Shown: positions 23,831-38,366, counted from the first letter of the whole stretch. The stretch: DNA of 63,259 bases, filler included, from Octopus bimaculoides (GCF_001194135.2; 6 parts of 4 records of this genome joined end to end with filler, not necessarily neighbours in it); one strand, 5' to 3'. Numbers and translations are program-made. The notes: generated from the sequence alone by a model not told the origin.

Positions 23831-24886
23831 GGGTTCCAATTTTGAAGCCAATTTTTTTATCCATCGACTAGTTAACGTTCTCTACATAATCCTGAAATCA
23901 TAAACCCATTACCAATATAGTTTGAGACAATGTAGAATGCAATTTCGATAATCTAACAAAAGTCGAAAAAGTCTAAATAGGAAAGATCTACATGTTAAAA
24001 AAATGCATTATATATGCTCACTATTTTAAGAGATCATTCGAAGAACCTATTGACTTTTGAAAACAGAAGTAACAATTTTATTCATTATTTACTTAATATA
24101 CCTCTGTTTAAGTAAATAAATAAAAACAGAGAGAAAGTAGTTACTAAGATATTTTCCTTCGTTTTATCACATCGGATTCGTCGAGAGCAATTTACAAGAA
24201 ACTATAAAACAAATACTGTGTGAGGACATCGGAAGACACGCTGACATATGCTGCGATATAAAACTCACTCACATACATACAACACAAACACTTACCAATA
24301 CACATACAAACACACACACAACTATTGTTTGTTTACTTCTCGAAATATAAACAAATTCTATTTTTCTAAATACCCGAAGCAAAGATACATGTATGTAAAT
24401 TAATAAAAGCAAAAAACAAATAGTTTACCCTAAAACGAATCCTAAAGTGAAATCTAAAGAAAATAAAATCTGCACTATATTATGATAAACTCAACATATA
24501 AACAGATGAATTTTAGCTATGTATCTTTATTTAATGATACATTGAAAGAGGTTTAAGATCAAAAGAATCATAGAAATTATCAAAATATTCACTTTTAAAA
24601 CAAATAGAATAGTCAAGTTTAATTCTTTTTTTCATGTTCTCGGGCAAAGTAATGTTGATACACACAACAAAACTTACTAAAAGCTTTCTAAACTATTATA
24701 AATATATCAGGAGAAGAAACATGCTTGTAACGAAATTGTTTATTGATTCCATCATACATATTCTCTATTTATATTTCTCCAAAATATTATTTAATAATGA
24801 AACACCAAATCATATTTGTCGTATTCATAGGACACCCATATGCAAACAAATTTCTCCCACATCTATACACACACATAATTATATGC

Positions 24887-24931
<45 letters not shown>

Positions 24932-25786
24932 TGCAGATATATATACATAAATATGTATATTTATGAATATGTCTGTGTATGTAGATAGATTGATAGTGAG
25001 GGAGAGAGCGCCATTAGGCCAACATATATTTCATCTGATTCAAATGGAATTGGAATCATGCAACTAAAATATAATATCAATCCCAATATTTTGATACATT
25101 ATAACGTCATTAGATGCTTGATTGGAATTAAAATTTTGACACGTTATCATCTAACAAACTGTCGCCTTTTAGGAAAGAAAATAGATTTGTCAACATATTT
25201 ATGTTGCTATTATATATAAATATAGGTGGGTTATAAGTAGAATGAAAATATATCGGAAAATCCCTCTGGGCGCTGTTTCTTTATTCTCTTTCGTAGCATT
25301 TGCAAAACAAGAAATGTTGCTGCTGGTCTAACAAATATGAAGCTAAATTGGGTGGACATTGATTTCTCAAGTACAATATTGCTGTAGGCATTTTATCTGA
25401 TCGTTACTATAGGAATCTAAACAAACGGCGAGGAAAACAGATTTAAATACTAGCAAAGAAGTATCCGAGCTTCGAGTCTTTGTTTGAGACCATTATCTTT
25501 AATATGGTGCCTTGCAGCAATCTTCCGAGATGGCTCGTAAGAATGAGAATGCTCTTTATATTAGAGATCAGCATCACGAAGTGAAACTTTTCCGTAGGGG
25601 ATGTACTGTAAAAGTGCTCAGTAGTGTCATTATATTGAAGATATGTTAAGGTAATTGCAATATATGAATTAATTAAAGATTTTAAGAAACCCATTAGATT
25701 ATCTTGCAGAGGGAAAAAGACATGAAAATGGTGAGATACGTGAATACAGATATCATATCTTCATTCGTTTAGCAGACCGAATCCAC

Positions 25787-25826
<40 letters not shown>

Positions 25827-26817
25827 NNNNNNNNNNNNNNNNNNNNNNNNNNNNNNNNNNNNNNNNNNNNNNNNNNNNNNNNNNNNNNNNNNNNNNNNNN
25901 NNNNNNNNNNNNNNNNNNNNNNNNNNNNNNNNNNNNNNNNNNNNNNNNNNNNNNNNNNNNNNNNNNNNNNNNNNNNNNNNNNNNNNNNNNNNNNNNNNNN
26001 NNNNNNNNNNNNNNNNNNNNNNNNNNNNNNNNNNNNNNNNNNNNNNNNNNNNNNNNNNNNNNNNNNNNNNNNNNNNNNNNNNNNNNNNNNNNNNNNNNNN
26101 NNNNNNNNNNNNNNNNNNNNNNNNNNNNNNNNNNNNNNNNNNNNNNNNNNNNNNNNNNNNNNNNNNNNNNNNNNNNNNNNNNNNNNNNNNNNNNNNNNNN
26201 NNNNNNNNNNNNNNNNNNNNNNNNNNNNNNNNNNNNNNNNNNNNNNNNNNNNNNNNNNNNNNNNNNNNNNNNNNNNNNNNNNNNNNNNNNNNNNNNNNNN
26301 NNNNNNNNNNNNNNNNNNNNNNNNNNNNNNNNNNNNNNNNNNNNNNNNNNNNNNNNNNNNNNNNNNNNNNNNNNNNNNNNNNNNNNNNNNNNNNNNNNNN
26401 NNNNNNNNNNNNNNNNNNNNNNNNNNNNNNNNNNNNNNNNNNNNNNNNNNNNNNNNNNNNNNNNNNNNNNNNNNNNNNNNNNNNNNNNNNNNNNNNNNNN
26501 NNNNNNNNNNNNNNNNNNNNNNNNNNNNNNNNNNNNNNNNNNNNNNNNNNNNNNNNNNNNNNNNNNNNNNNNNNNNNNNNNNNNNNNNNNNNNNNNNNNN
26601 NNNNNNNNNNNNNNNNNNNNNNNNNNNNNNNNNNNNNNNNNNNNNNNNNNNNNNNNNNNNNNNNNNNNNNNNNNNNNNNNNNNNNNNNNNNNNNNNNNNN
26701 NNNNNNNNNNNNNNNNNNNNNNNNNNNNNNNNNNNNNNNNNNNNNNNNNNNNNNNNNNNNNNNNNNNNNNNNNNNNNNNNNNNNNNNNNNNNNNNNNNNN
26801 NNNNNNNNNNNNNNNNN

Positions 26818-26934
26818 GACGATGATGATGACAACGATGACGACGACGACGACAATGATGACGACGACGATGACGACGACGACGATGATGATGACAACGA
26901 TGACGACGACGACGACGATGATGACGACGACGAT

Positions 26935-26966
<32 letters not shown>

Positions 26967-27120
26967 TGATGATGATAATGATGGTGATTTTGATAATGTT
27001 ATCAGAAATAGTGCTGTTGGAAATAGTAAATGTGATAGAGATGTTGATGATCATATTCCTAATGTTGTTCAGAATTAAAATTATTAGCGCGATTAAGGTG
27101 AAGATTACCATGAAGAATGC

Positions 27121-27182
<62 letters not shown>

Positions 27183-27240
27183 GGCGGAGGAGAAAAGGAA
27201 GAAGAAGGAGGAGGAGGTGGACGACGACGAGAAGAAGAAG
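26818..27240. repeat. (GAT)n/(GAC)n trinucleotide array
   Basis: Read directly. Confidence 0.95.
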
Positions 27241-27584
27241 TCTGACTATGAAGAAATGATAATACAGCTCGAAATCTTACATGCATTAATCTATACTATT
27301 CTTTTGAATATCTGCATTGCTTCGTTCCGGGTAAACTGACATCAGGCTGTTTAAAAAAGACTTCAAATATAACTTGTAGCGATTTCTCTTGAAAATTTTG
27401 CATCGTGCTGTTTTATAGTTCTCACAGAAAATAAAAAAGTTTAGCTCCCAACGACATTCATAATTATGTTTGTTACATTAGATGATGATGTTTCACTTTT
27501 ATCAACAGTATCAAAATGGAAAACTGAATTGAGGGGGAAAAAGGGGAATCTTGAATATAAACCAAGGTCTGAACGTCTTTTGAA

Positions 27585-27825
27585 TAAAACACATCAGGCT
27601 GATGACATAACGGGAACATTTGACATTGTTAGCGGCTGATCCAGTTGTTTTGTTTGAACGTTTCCCAAATCAAGATAAGTGTTGAGTGCATCATTATGAG
27701 TCAGAGACAAAGAAACAATCCATGCAGTGGAAACACCCTTGCTCACTTGCGCCAAAGAAGGCCAAGGACGTTTCATCTCCAGGGAACGTGATGGCCTCGA
27801 TTTTAGGAGATGCACGGGACATTGC

Positions 27826-27830
<5 letters not shown>
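27585..27830 (+). mobile_element. Mariner transposase fragment
   Basis: VHHYESETKKQSMQWKHPCSLAPKKAKDVSSPGNVMASILGDARDI, matching mariner WVHHFEPETKRQSMQWKH..PKKAK..GKVMASVFWD. Ends at (TATC)n. Confidence 0.85.
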
Positions 27831-27882
<52 letters not shown>

Positions 27883-28476
27883 NNNNNNNNNNNNNNNNNN
27901 NNNNNNNNNNNNNNNNNNNNNNNNNNNNNNNNNNNNNNNNNNNNNNNNNNNNNNNNNNNNNNNNNNNNNNNNNNNNNNNNNNNNNNNNNNNNNNNNNNNN
28001 NNNNNNNNNNNNNNNNNNNNNNNNNNNNNNNNNNNNNNNNNNNNNNNNNNNNNNNNNNNNNNNNNNNNNNNNNNNNNNNNNNNNNNNNNNNNNNNNNNNN
28101 NNNNNNNNNNNNNNNNNNNNNNNNNNNNNNNNNNNNNNNNNNNNNNNNNNNNNNNNNNNNNNNNNNNNNNNNNNNNNNNNNNNNNNNNNNNNNNNNNNNN
28201 NNNNNNNNNNNNNNNNNNNNNNNNNNNNNNNNNNNNNTGGGTTAATAGAAACCAAGGTAGCAAAGATCACAAAATAACTGTGGTGTAATTCCTGTTTGTG
28301 AGGCAGAAACTCCTTGATATTTTGGGTATTTGAGTATATATAAAACTTTAAGGAATGGAGTAAACGCATGTTATAACTGCATACTTTATTCCGACATATA
28401 TTTCGAAGAATTACAATTTATGCGATCCATAGGAATCGTCGATGTTAAAAATGTAAACTTCTCCTCAGGGAAATGT

Positions 28477-28566
28477 ATGGGAACCATCTTAAACGTAAGA
28501 CATTATGACCGAGTATGAGAACTATAGTTGGATAAGGTTATGACGTAATTCATTTGAAAAAACCGT
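28477..28566 (+). repeat. Left arm of 90-bp inverted repeat
   Basis: ATGGGAACCATC...CATTTGAAAAAACCGT; 89/90 identical to the reverse complement of 29112-29201. Confidence 0.95.
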
Positions 28567-29111
28567 TAGAGATTTGGACGCTACCAGATAGTAGGTTAGA
28601 CAACAAAAAAAATATGATATTGGTATTCTTAGTAAAAATATACTTGATAAATACATACCTACTTTAGTCAAAAAATTAAAACTTAGTTTATGGTCCAATT
28701 CTTTGCAGGTAGTTGAATGGTTTCGTAACATTAATAACAAACATGACGCCAAATTTATCCGGTTTGACATATCTAACTTTTATTGATCAATTAACCCCAT
28801 TATTTTAACCAAAGCACTTTGGTTTCCTCACAAGAAGGCGGGTATGCCTAGAAAGGAATTTAAAGTTATTAAAGCAGCAAGAAATTCTATAATTAAGTTC
28901 AATAAAAAACTATGGATACGTAAGGACACCCCAGAAGGATTTAATGTCCCTATGGGAAGTTCCGATTCAGCACAAATAGCTGATTTAGTCTGCACATACA
29001 TTCTACATGAATTAGAAGACCAATTCCCAAATGTTAAGGGTGGTCTATACAGAGACGATTGTTTACTATATTTAGAGAACACCACAAATCAAAAAATACA
29101 AAAAGTTAAAT
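28567..29111 (+). mobile_element. Penelope-like family A RT core fragment
   Basis: YDIGILSKNILDKYIP..LWSNSLQVVEWF..IRFDISNFY*SINP..LWIRKDTPEGFNVPMGSSDSAQIADLVC..GGLYRDDCLLYL; closely related to the 17301-19643 copy. Confidence 0.92.
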
Positions 29112-29201
29112 ACGGTTTTTTCAAATGAATTACGTCATAACCTTATCCAACTATAGTTATCATACTCGGTCATAATGTCTTACGTTTAAGATGGTTCCCA
29201 T
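29112..29201 (-). repeat. Right arm of 90-bp inverted repeat (runs into an 18-N gap)
   Basis: ACGGTTTTTTCAAATG...GATGGTTCCCAT. Confidence 0.95.
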
Positions 29202-30234
29202 NNNNNNNNNNNNNNNNNNTATATATATATATATATATATATTTACGAGTGATTGCACAGTACTTAACACATTTAGTAGGAATTACATGCTGCACTATTT
29301 GAAATATGTTTTGATTCTGTTCAGTGCTAGAGCCCGCCTCTTCCAAACACTCCAAAGCCTGAAAGAGATGCGCCCCTGTTAGAGGCCTGTGAAATCTGAA
29401 GTCGCGTGTTTTTATGTATGTTTCTATGTATGTATGCATGCATGTATGTATGTAAGTATGCATGCATGTATGTATGTATGTATGTATGTATGTATGTATG
29501 TATGTATGTATGTATGTATGTATGTATGCGCGTGCGTATGTATGTACGTGTGTTTGTATATTTGTTATTCAAGAGAATGTCCTTTAAAGTAAATCGGTAT
29601 TCTGAAATCTTTTAATGAATTACCTTGAGGCAATGGATGAATCTATGTGTGTACACTGTGTCACGAAGAAGCGATAGCCACATAAACACTGCTTTCATCA
29701 CCAGTAATATTTTCCTGATGATATCCCTGTTAAAGCTTCAAAAACTTAACTTTTGTATAACATTTTACCAATTTGCTCCCTGATACCAGCGTGTAGAATT
29801 TGTTGATGTTTTGCATCAATAGATGTTGGAAATGATGAACATTTTATTCGGTTAGTGAAAGAATTTAATTCGTCTTAAGCTAACATCATTTAATTTAGAC
29901 ATCACAACAAGTATGATATATTTGTAGCATGCCATTTTACGTTGCAGAAACGGAAGCTATGCTCATGTAGTATCGAACAAAACAGTAAATTTAACTGTTT
30001 ACGCTATATCCAAAGTTGCAATTAATACGCTAGTAATATCTCTTTATCTGAAAGGTTTCTATATCTAAAATGATATTTAACAAACTTCAAATAATTATTT
30101 ATATTTATTGTAATGGAAATAAATTTCGTTTATATTACTGTAAAGTATTGCATCTAATATACGTAAAAGTATAGTAGTTGTCATATACGTATGCATCATT
30201 ATAAGCAGTTGTTTCTCAATGTATTGGATCACAT

Positions 30235-30382
30235 AACTCAGAAGTCAACTCCCCGCTCTGCCGACGCCTCGTGGAGCTTTAGGTGTTTCAATAAACACTC
30301 ACAACGCCCGGTCTGTGAATCGAAACTGCAATGCTACGACCGCGAGTGCGCTTCCCGAACCACTGGGCCATTGCGCCTGCAC
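30235..30382 (-). mobile_element. tRNA-derived SINE head, family C
   Basis: Minus strand GGCGCAATGGCCCAGTGG (A box) ... GTTTCGATTC (B-box-like); no complete cloverleaf. Confidence 0.6.
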
Positions 30383-30444
30383 GTATATATGTGTATACAC
30401 ATATATATGTATATGTATATACGTATGAAGTTACACACACACGC

Positions 30445-30481
<37 letters not shown>

Positions 30482-31803
30482 TTGTTTAGTAAAGGGGCTT
30501 GTAATGATTCCTAGGAGGTTTGATGGCTGAACTGAGATCTCTCTTAGCAAAGTAAAGAGACCTAACAACAATAATATAAAATGGAATAATAGTCATGTGA
30601 ACCCTCTAGGGGCAAGGAATATAGTCGACATATAGGGGATAATGGATAATAATTTAAAAATTAATCACTAAATTAATAGATAAATAAATGAATAAATAAA
30701 TGAATAAATAAATAAATAAATTAAATAAATTAATCTAGTAGACATTCACAGGAGAGCAATAAGAATAGAAAAAATAAGGAGATACCTCCCCTATATNNNN
30801 NNNNNNNNNNNNNNNNNNNNNNNNNNNNNNNNNNNNNNNNNNNNNNNNNNNNNNNNNNNNNNNNNNNNNNNNNNNNNNNNNNNNNNNNNNNNNNNNNNNN
30901 NNNNNNNNNNNNNNNNNNNNNNNNNNNNNNNNNNNNNNNNNNNNNNNNNNNNNNNNNNNNNNNNNNNNNNNNNNNNNNNNNNNNNNNNNNNNNNNNNNNN
31001 NNNNNNNNNNNNNNNNNNNNNNNNNNNNNNNNNNNNNNNNNNNNNNNNNNNNNNNNNNNNNNNNNNNNNNNNNNNNNNNNNNNNNNNNNNNNNNNNNNNN
31101 NNNNNNNNNNNNNNNNNNNNNNNNNNNNNNNNNNNNNNNNNNNNNNNNNNNNNNNNNNNNNNNNNNNNNNNNNNNNNNNNNNNNNNNNNNNNNNNNNNNN
31201 NNNNNNNNNNNNNNNNNNNNNNNNNNNNNNNNNNNNNNNNNNNNNNNNNNNNNNNNNNNNNNNNNNNNNNNNNNNNNNNNNNNNNNNNNNNNNNNNNNNN
31301 NNNNNNNNNNNNNNNNNNNNNNNNNNNNNNNNNNNNNNNNNNNNNNNNNNNNNNNNNNNNNNNNNNNNNNNNNNNNNNNNNNNNNNNNNNNNNNNNNNNN
31401 NNNNNNNNNNNNNNNNNNNNNNNNNNNNNNNNNNNNNNNNNNNNNNNNNNNNNNNNNNNNNNNNNNNNNNNNNNNNNNNNNNNNNNNNNNNNNNNNNNNN
31501 NNNNNNNNNNNNNNNNNNNNNNNNNNNNNNNNNNNNNNNNNNNNNNNNNNNNNNNNNNNNNNNNNNNNNNNNNNNNNNNNNNNNNNNNNNNNNNNNNNNN
31601 NNNNNNNNNNNNNNNNNNNNNNNNNNNNNNNNNNNNNNNNNNNNNNNNNNNNNNNNNNNNNNNNNNNNNNNNNNNNNNNNNNNNNNNNNNNNNNNNNNNN
31701 NNNNNNNNNNNNNNNNNNNNNNNNNNNNNNNNNNNNNNNNNNNNNNNNNNNNNNNNNNNNNNNNNNNNNNNNNNNNNNNNNNNNNNNNNNNNNNNNATAT
31801 ATA

Positions 31804-31839
<36 letters not shown>

Positions 31840-32254
31840 TACAAAAGTATACTTATATTTATGCACGTATATATGTGTATGTATATATGTATACATGTAT
31901 ATATATACATACCTATATATATATATATATATATACTTGAATGTATGTGTGTATATATACATGAACTTATAATTGTGTATGAATATACATGTATATATTT
32001 ATATATATTCATATTTATATTTATATGTATAAACATAGCAGCATACATATGTACGTAAAATATTCATAATTATATAAATATGAGTGTTTGCGTGTGCGTA
32101 TATATTTGTTGTTTATAGTTTCAGCTTAGAGCTGCGGCCATGCTGATGCACCGCCGTATGTTTATGTTTTATATATATGTATGTGTGTAGCGTGTGTGTG
32201 TGTTTGTGTGTGTGTGTGTATGTACGCACACATGCATACATACACTCATCTATG

Positions 32255-32312
<58 letters not shown>

Positions 32313-33954
32313 NNNNNNNNNNNNNNNNNNNNNNNNNNNNNNNNNNNNNNNNNNNNNNNNNNNNNNNNNNNNNNNNNNNNNNNNNNNNNNNNNNNNNNNN
32401 NNNNNNNNNNNNNNNNNNNNNNNNNNNNNNNNNNNNNNNNNNNNNNNNNNNNNNNNNNNNNNNNNNNNNNNNNNNNNNNNNNNNNNNNNNNNNNNNNNNN
32501 NNNNNNNNNNNNNNNNNNNNNNNNNNNNNNNNNNNNNNNNNNNNNNNNNNNNNNNNNNNNNNNNNNNNNNNNNNNNNNNNNNNNNNNNNNNNNNNNNNNN
32601 NNNNNNNNNNNNNNNNNNNNNNNNNNNNNNNNNNNNNNNNNNNNNNNNNNNNNNNNNNNNNNNNNNNNNNNNNNNNNNNNNNNNNNNNNNNNNNNNNNNN
32701 NNNNNNNNNNNNNNNNNNNNNNNNNNNNNNNNNNNNNNNNNNNNNNNNNNNNNNNNNNNNNNNNNNNNNNNNNNNNNNNNNNNNNNNNNNNNNNNNNNNN
32801 NNNNNNNNNNNNNNNNNNNNNNNNNNNNNNNNNNNNNNNNNNNNNNNNNNNNNNNNNNNNNNNNNNNNNNNNNNNNNNNNNNNNNNNNNNNNNNNNNNNN
32901 NNNNNNNNNNNNNNNNNNNNNNNNNNNNNNNNNNNNNNNNNNNNNNNNNNNNNNNNNNNNNNNNNNNNNNNNNNNNNNNNNNNNNNNNNNNNNNNNNNNN
33001 NNNNNNNNNNNNNNNNNNNNNNNNNNNNNNNNNNNNNNNNNNNNNNNNNNNNNNNNNNNNNNNNGCTACAAAAAATATGTACACATGTAGGTACGTACAT
33101 ATATATGTATGTGTGTATGTATGTATGTATGTATGTATGTATGTATGTATGTATGTATGTTTGCATGTATGTTTGTGTGCGAGTGTGTATGAATGTAGGT
33201 ATATATCTATACGCTTATATACGTTTATATGTAATACTCTGTACTTAGATATAATTACTCATTCTCCAAGGAGTTAAAGCCATATACTCTTTCTTTCCTC
33301 ATAAATGCCATGACTGTTCTAATATTTCCTGCGTCTGTATCGTTAATGTCATCAAACTATGTACTTAGAAAAAATCTACTTATTTTCTTATTAATAAAAA
33401 TGGGCATGCAATGTTTTCACCACGCTGCAAATATTCCCTTAAGGGTTCGTATTTTTTTTACCTCGAATTCTCAACCATAAATGTCACTATATATGGGGAA
33501 CATGCAACAACTGATATTTATAATCAATAATGACATTAACACAAACATGAATCAGTTTGTCTTATTTTGTTCAATTTTCCATCTATTTTATTTTCGTGAA
33601 TTGAAAAAAATAGATGGAAAAGTAATGCATGGAATCTAATCTAGGCACGCTTAACAATCATTAAACAAAAAATAGTTTATAATTAAACTCCACACTTATA
33701 TATCGCAGTTTAATATACATAGGTTATAGAAAGAAAGAACAACAATTACATAGAAAAGTAGTAAGTTGACAGATACATAGCAGTGTCGGAGTAATTCCTG
33801 TTGGTATTCCTTTAGCTGTGCTGCTTTATGATCTACAATTCATTGTTATCTCGTGTGAGGTTGTCTTATTTCACTCCAGCTTGGATTTATTCTAATATTT
33901 TTAAGAGTACAGAAGAATGTAATTTAATTAAGTCAATGGTAATAAAGTTTCATC

Positions 33955-34235
33955 TCATGTCTCTCGCAGCCGAATCACAGTGACGGGAACGTAAACACAC
34001 CATCGGCAGTTGTGGTAGTTGTGGTGGTGGTGGACAAATACACCCACACACAAATTTATAGATACATTCATATATATACGACGGCTTCTTTTCAGTTTCC
34101 GTCTACCAAATCTACTCACAAGTCTTTTGTTCACTCGAGGATATAGTAGAAGATACTCGCTTAAGGTGTTGCGCTGTGGGACTGAACCCGAAATCATGTG
34201 GTTTCGAAGCAAACCTCTTAATATACAGCCATGCC
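33955..34235 (-). mobile_element. SINE family A, partial
   Basis: Shared TTTCAGTTTCCGTCTACCAAATC and GGGACTGAACC blocks. Confidence 0.8.
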
Positions 34236-37200
34236 TGTGACTGTATTTGTAAACTGATTTACTATGAAATAAAACTATTTGTAAAATGTACTCAATATAT
34301 NNNNNNNNNNNNNNNNNNNNNNNNNNNNNNNNNNNNNNNNNNNNNNNNNNNNNNNNNNNNNNNNNNNNNNNNNNNNNNNNNNNNNNNNNNNNNNNNNNNN
34401 NNNNNNNNNNNNNNNNNNNNNNNNNNNNNNNNNNNNNNNNNNNNNNNNNNNNNNNNNNNNNNNNNNNNNNNNNNNNNNNNNNNNNNNNNNNNNNNNNNNN
34501 NNNNNNNNNNNNNNNNNNNNNNNNNNNNNNNNNNNNNNNNNNNNNNNNNNNNNNNNNNNNNNNNNNNNNNNNNNNNNNNNNNNNNNNNNNNNNNNNNNNN
34601 NNNNNNNNNNNNNNNNNNNNNNNNNNNNNNNNNNNNNNNNNNNNNNNNNNNNNNNNNNNNNNNNNGAGTTGAAGTGCTCAGCATGAGCTAGAATTCATCT
34701 TATAGTAAAAATGGATACATAAAGGTGGAAAATCACAGGAATAATACCATATGTCCAACGCAAGATACAATATGTGTGATCAATTCCTTCAAGAATCAAT
34801 AAATGAATTTATAGTATTCAGTCTCTAAAGTGTCTAAAAGGTACGGTAAAAAGACAAGCAAATACAACAATAAAAACTTTAGAAATATGAATGTTCAAAA
34901 TATTTATTAAAAAAATATTTATAAATATGCATGATTTCTAAGTTGTATAAAAATATGACAATTAAAGTTAAAACATTAAGATGTGTAAACGTACATTATG
35001 ATATAACATATAATGGGTAAATATATACGGGATGATGAAGTTATAAATTTACATGTATTATATTAAAAACCTGTACATTAGGACAGGATTGAAACCCCCC
35101 CCCCAAAAAGCTATAATATAAAAGTTAAGTTAAAAGTATACATCTACGGACCATTTCTGAGATGTGTCTAGTTATATGGTGTTGTACTCATATTAGAGAT
35201 TAGACACTCCCTTCATCAGGATGTTTGTTTTACATATAGAGAGGAAGGAAAAAAATATATAGAGAACATAAAAAGTTTAGAGTGATATAATACAATATAC
35301 AAGTAAATGTATATTGTATTATATTGTATATGTATATGGATTATAACGCGGTCAGCTGGCAGAATTGTTAGCACGCTTGGTAAACTGTCTAGCGGCATTT
35401 CGTCCGTCTTAGCCTTCGAAGTTCAAAATCGGCCGAAATCAATTACTGTGTAACATTATTTACTTTCCCTTCTGAAAAAAAAAAAAAAATTATGGTAATC
35501 AAAACGTTACCTGTCCGCGATTCGATTCCTCACTTGAAATAATAATTTTAAAATGGTTCATGCGTTAGCGTCGTAATCGTTTGCGCATCTGACAAAATGG
35601 ACAATCGTTATGCATTGTACCTTTATGTTCCAAGTTCAAATCATTTTCATTCATGTGTTTTGGTTAAAAATAAAAAAAAACTGCATTAATTAAGAACTTG
35701 AATCGATAAAATCGAATGTATACTTCTCTGAAATTTGAGTCCATGACACTTTGTTGGAAATCAATTTTGTTACGTTGTTTTGATTGAAAAACCAAATTTC
35801 TGACTAGTATGTGTCAGCAATTTACTTAAATCTTTTAAATATTTTGGTGTCATATTTTTTTTTCTATAATAGTAATTTTACTGGTGCCAAGAATGTTATG
35901 TCCCTTCAAAATTAATTTTTATCAAATTATAAAATGCAACATTTTTAAATAAGGAATTTGTGTAAATACAACCTCTGGATGATGGACAAAATGACGTGCA
36001 GGGATTTAGTTGCACACATATAATATATTTATAGTACCTTTACTCTATATATTAGCTTCACATTTGATGGAAGATATGATAGTGACATATTTGGCCTGAC
36101 TGAAATAAATTCATCATCAAATTGAGATGATATTTCAATCGAAGAAAAATATTGTTTAGTAATTATTGTAAATAATTTAGCATTTTTGATAATTTTCCCA
36201 AAATGTTTGGAAACGCATTTTACAATGCTGTATTTACAACCAAGTTTAATATAAGAAATCGCATTTTAGTAAACGGAAAATTGCATAAGTAAATTTTGTC
36301 AATAAGTGCGACGAACACTAGGTTACATACGTTGAAGGTCTTTATAAATGAAAACCTTCACAATCTGCAATTCCCCAGAAATAGTGTTACAGCATTATGC
36401 TCTTCACAAATTTCCTAAAAATTGTTTCATTTTAGCTTTTCATTAGTCTCCTTTTACATTTTTTTCAAGTATTTCATCATGGAAAATGTGATAGCATCAG
36501 GCCCCATATATTGATATCTCATATAAACAGCTATTATAATGTAGTTTAATCAACGAGTTGGCATCATAATATTGAAAATAACTAATTTTATGCGGCATTT
36601 TATTGAATTATAATAGAATACTAAATTATAATTTACCAAGCGCCACTGACAGTGAGGTAAGGATATCATAGAAACATATCGTTTTCTTTCATGTCACTGA
36701 GTTACTCCGTTGTCGATATACTTTCACTCTATTAACTATACTAAGTTGAATCGGTGTTATGCATTACATGACATTGAAACACTTTGCTTAACACATTTTA
36801 ATTAAAAATACAGAAACGCTGAGACACATGAATCGAAGAAACATGAACATCGGTTTTGACAAGCATGTTATTCCAAGTCGCACGTGGGAAACAGTGAATG
36901 GCGTAATACACAATAAATATAAACACATAGAGAAAAACCTATCTTTCACTGTGAAGCTGCATAAAGATGATTGGTCTAAAGCACTTAGATATTGATACAC
37001 CGCTGTACCGTTACACCCCGACGATTGCATGTATGTGAATACATGTACATTCATATACATGTATATATACACATTATATATACAAATACATACAAACATG
37101 CACATATCAATACACGCAGATAATGTACAAACGCTGGAACCGACGTACATGTGTGTATGTATGTGTATGATGCCTGTTTATTTACATTCTTAACTGAAAT

Positions 37201-38088
37201 CATGTATACATAAATATATACGCGAGTTAGTTTCTATGGACCTGATATTTTACCTTAAAGTGTACGTTGAAATATAGTATATGATATCTAGATATACATA
37301 CAATCATCGTTATATGCATATAACTAAACTGTACGTAACTATGGTGTAAAATATTTACACATAAGGATATACGTAATGAATTTTTCTCTGCAAACATATA
37401 TCCCAATCTTACAAAATAAATTCTGATCGGATTCTTATTCATACTACAGGATTTTGGTTAGATTGCACGGCAGATAAAAAGAAAATAAGGTGTAGAAAGA
37501 AAATTAGCTAAATATATATCCTGGCAGTTACATATTGATTTTGCTATTTGCACCAAATTCTGAAATGCAGTTGTTCTGTTTTCGTCAATAATGTTTCATA
37601 TTGTATCCAATTGCTGGTTATGCGTTGCATTTATAACAGTGAATGCATTTGCCGTGTTGTTCCAAACAGCAAGCCATCAATCAATACAATGATAACTGAA
37701 GTTTTAAGTGGAATGCATATTTCCGGCGGGTATGGAATAGCGTCATGCTAAGTGCTAATAAATATATCCAACAAGATCCGGGATATACTACATCGCATGT
37801 AGGTATCCGGATAAAAAGACAAATTATAATGAATTCTAGATTCAAAACGAAAATAGTATCAATCAGTTGAATATAGGAACTATATGGCAGATATTACACA
37901 GAGGCATGAAACACAACAAGGAAATGTACTATTCTCTGGTGTTATTCCGAGTGAGTGTCACGTATTCATTTATTCATTTGTTCGTGTGTACCGGGCTTCA
38001 TGTGGAAATATCATTTTATATAAATCCTAAGCGCACGCAGCCTGACTCTCGACATAAAGTGCTTGAATGAGAGAATTTTGGTCTTTAG

Positions 38089-38156
<68 letters not shown>

Positions 38157-38266
38157 TGTATAAATGTACAGGCGTGAGTTTTGTTAAGTAGCAAGGGATT
38201 TGCTTCTTAACCACATGATTCCATGTTAAGCCTCGCTTCGCGGCATAAGTGGCATGTGTTTCTACT

Positions 38267-38366
38267 NNNNNNNNNNNNNNNNNNNNNNNNNNNNNNNNNN
38301 NNNNNNNNNNTTAATTAATTAANNNNNNNNNNNNNNNNNNNNNNNNNNNNNNNNNNNNNNNNNNNN
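38267..38366. other. Artificial scaffold linker
   Basis: 44N + TTAATTAATTAA (38311-38322) + 44N. Confidence 0.95.

Noticed and set aside
24140-24190. Minus-strand TCGACGAATCC...GGAAAATATC hammerhead-like remnant
   Set aside because: Stem I does not pair and several core positions deviate.
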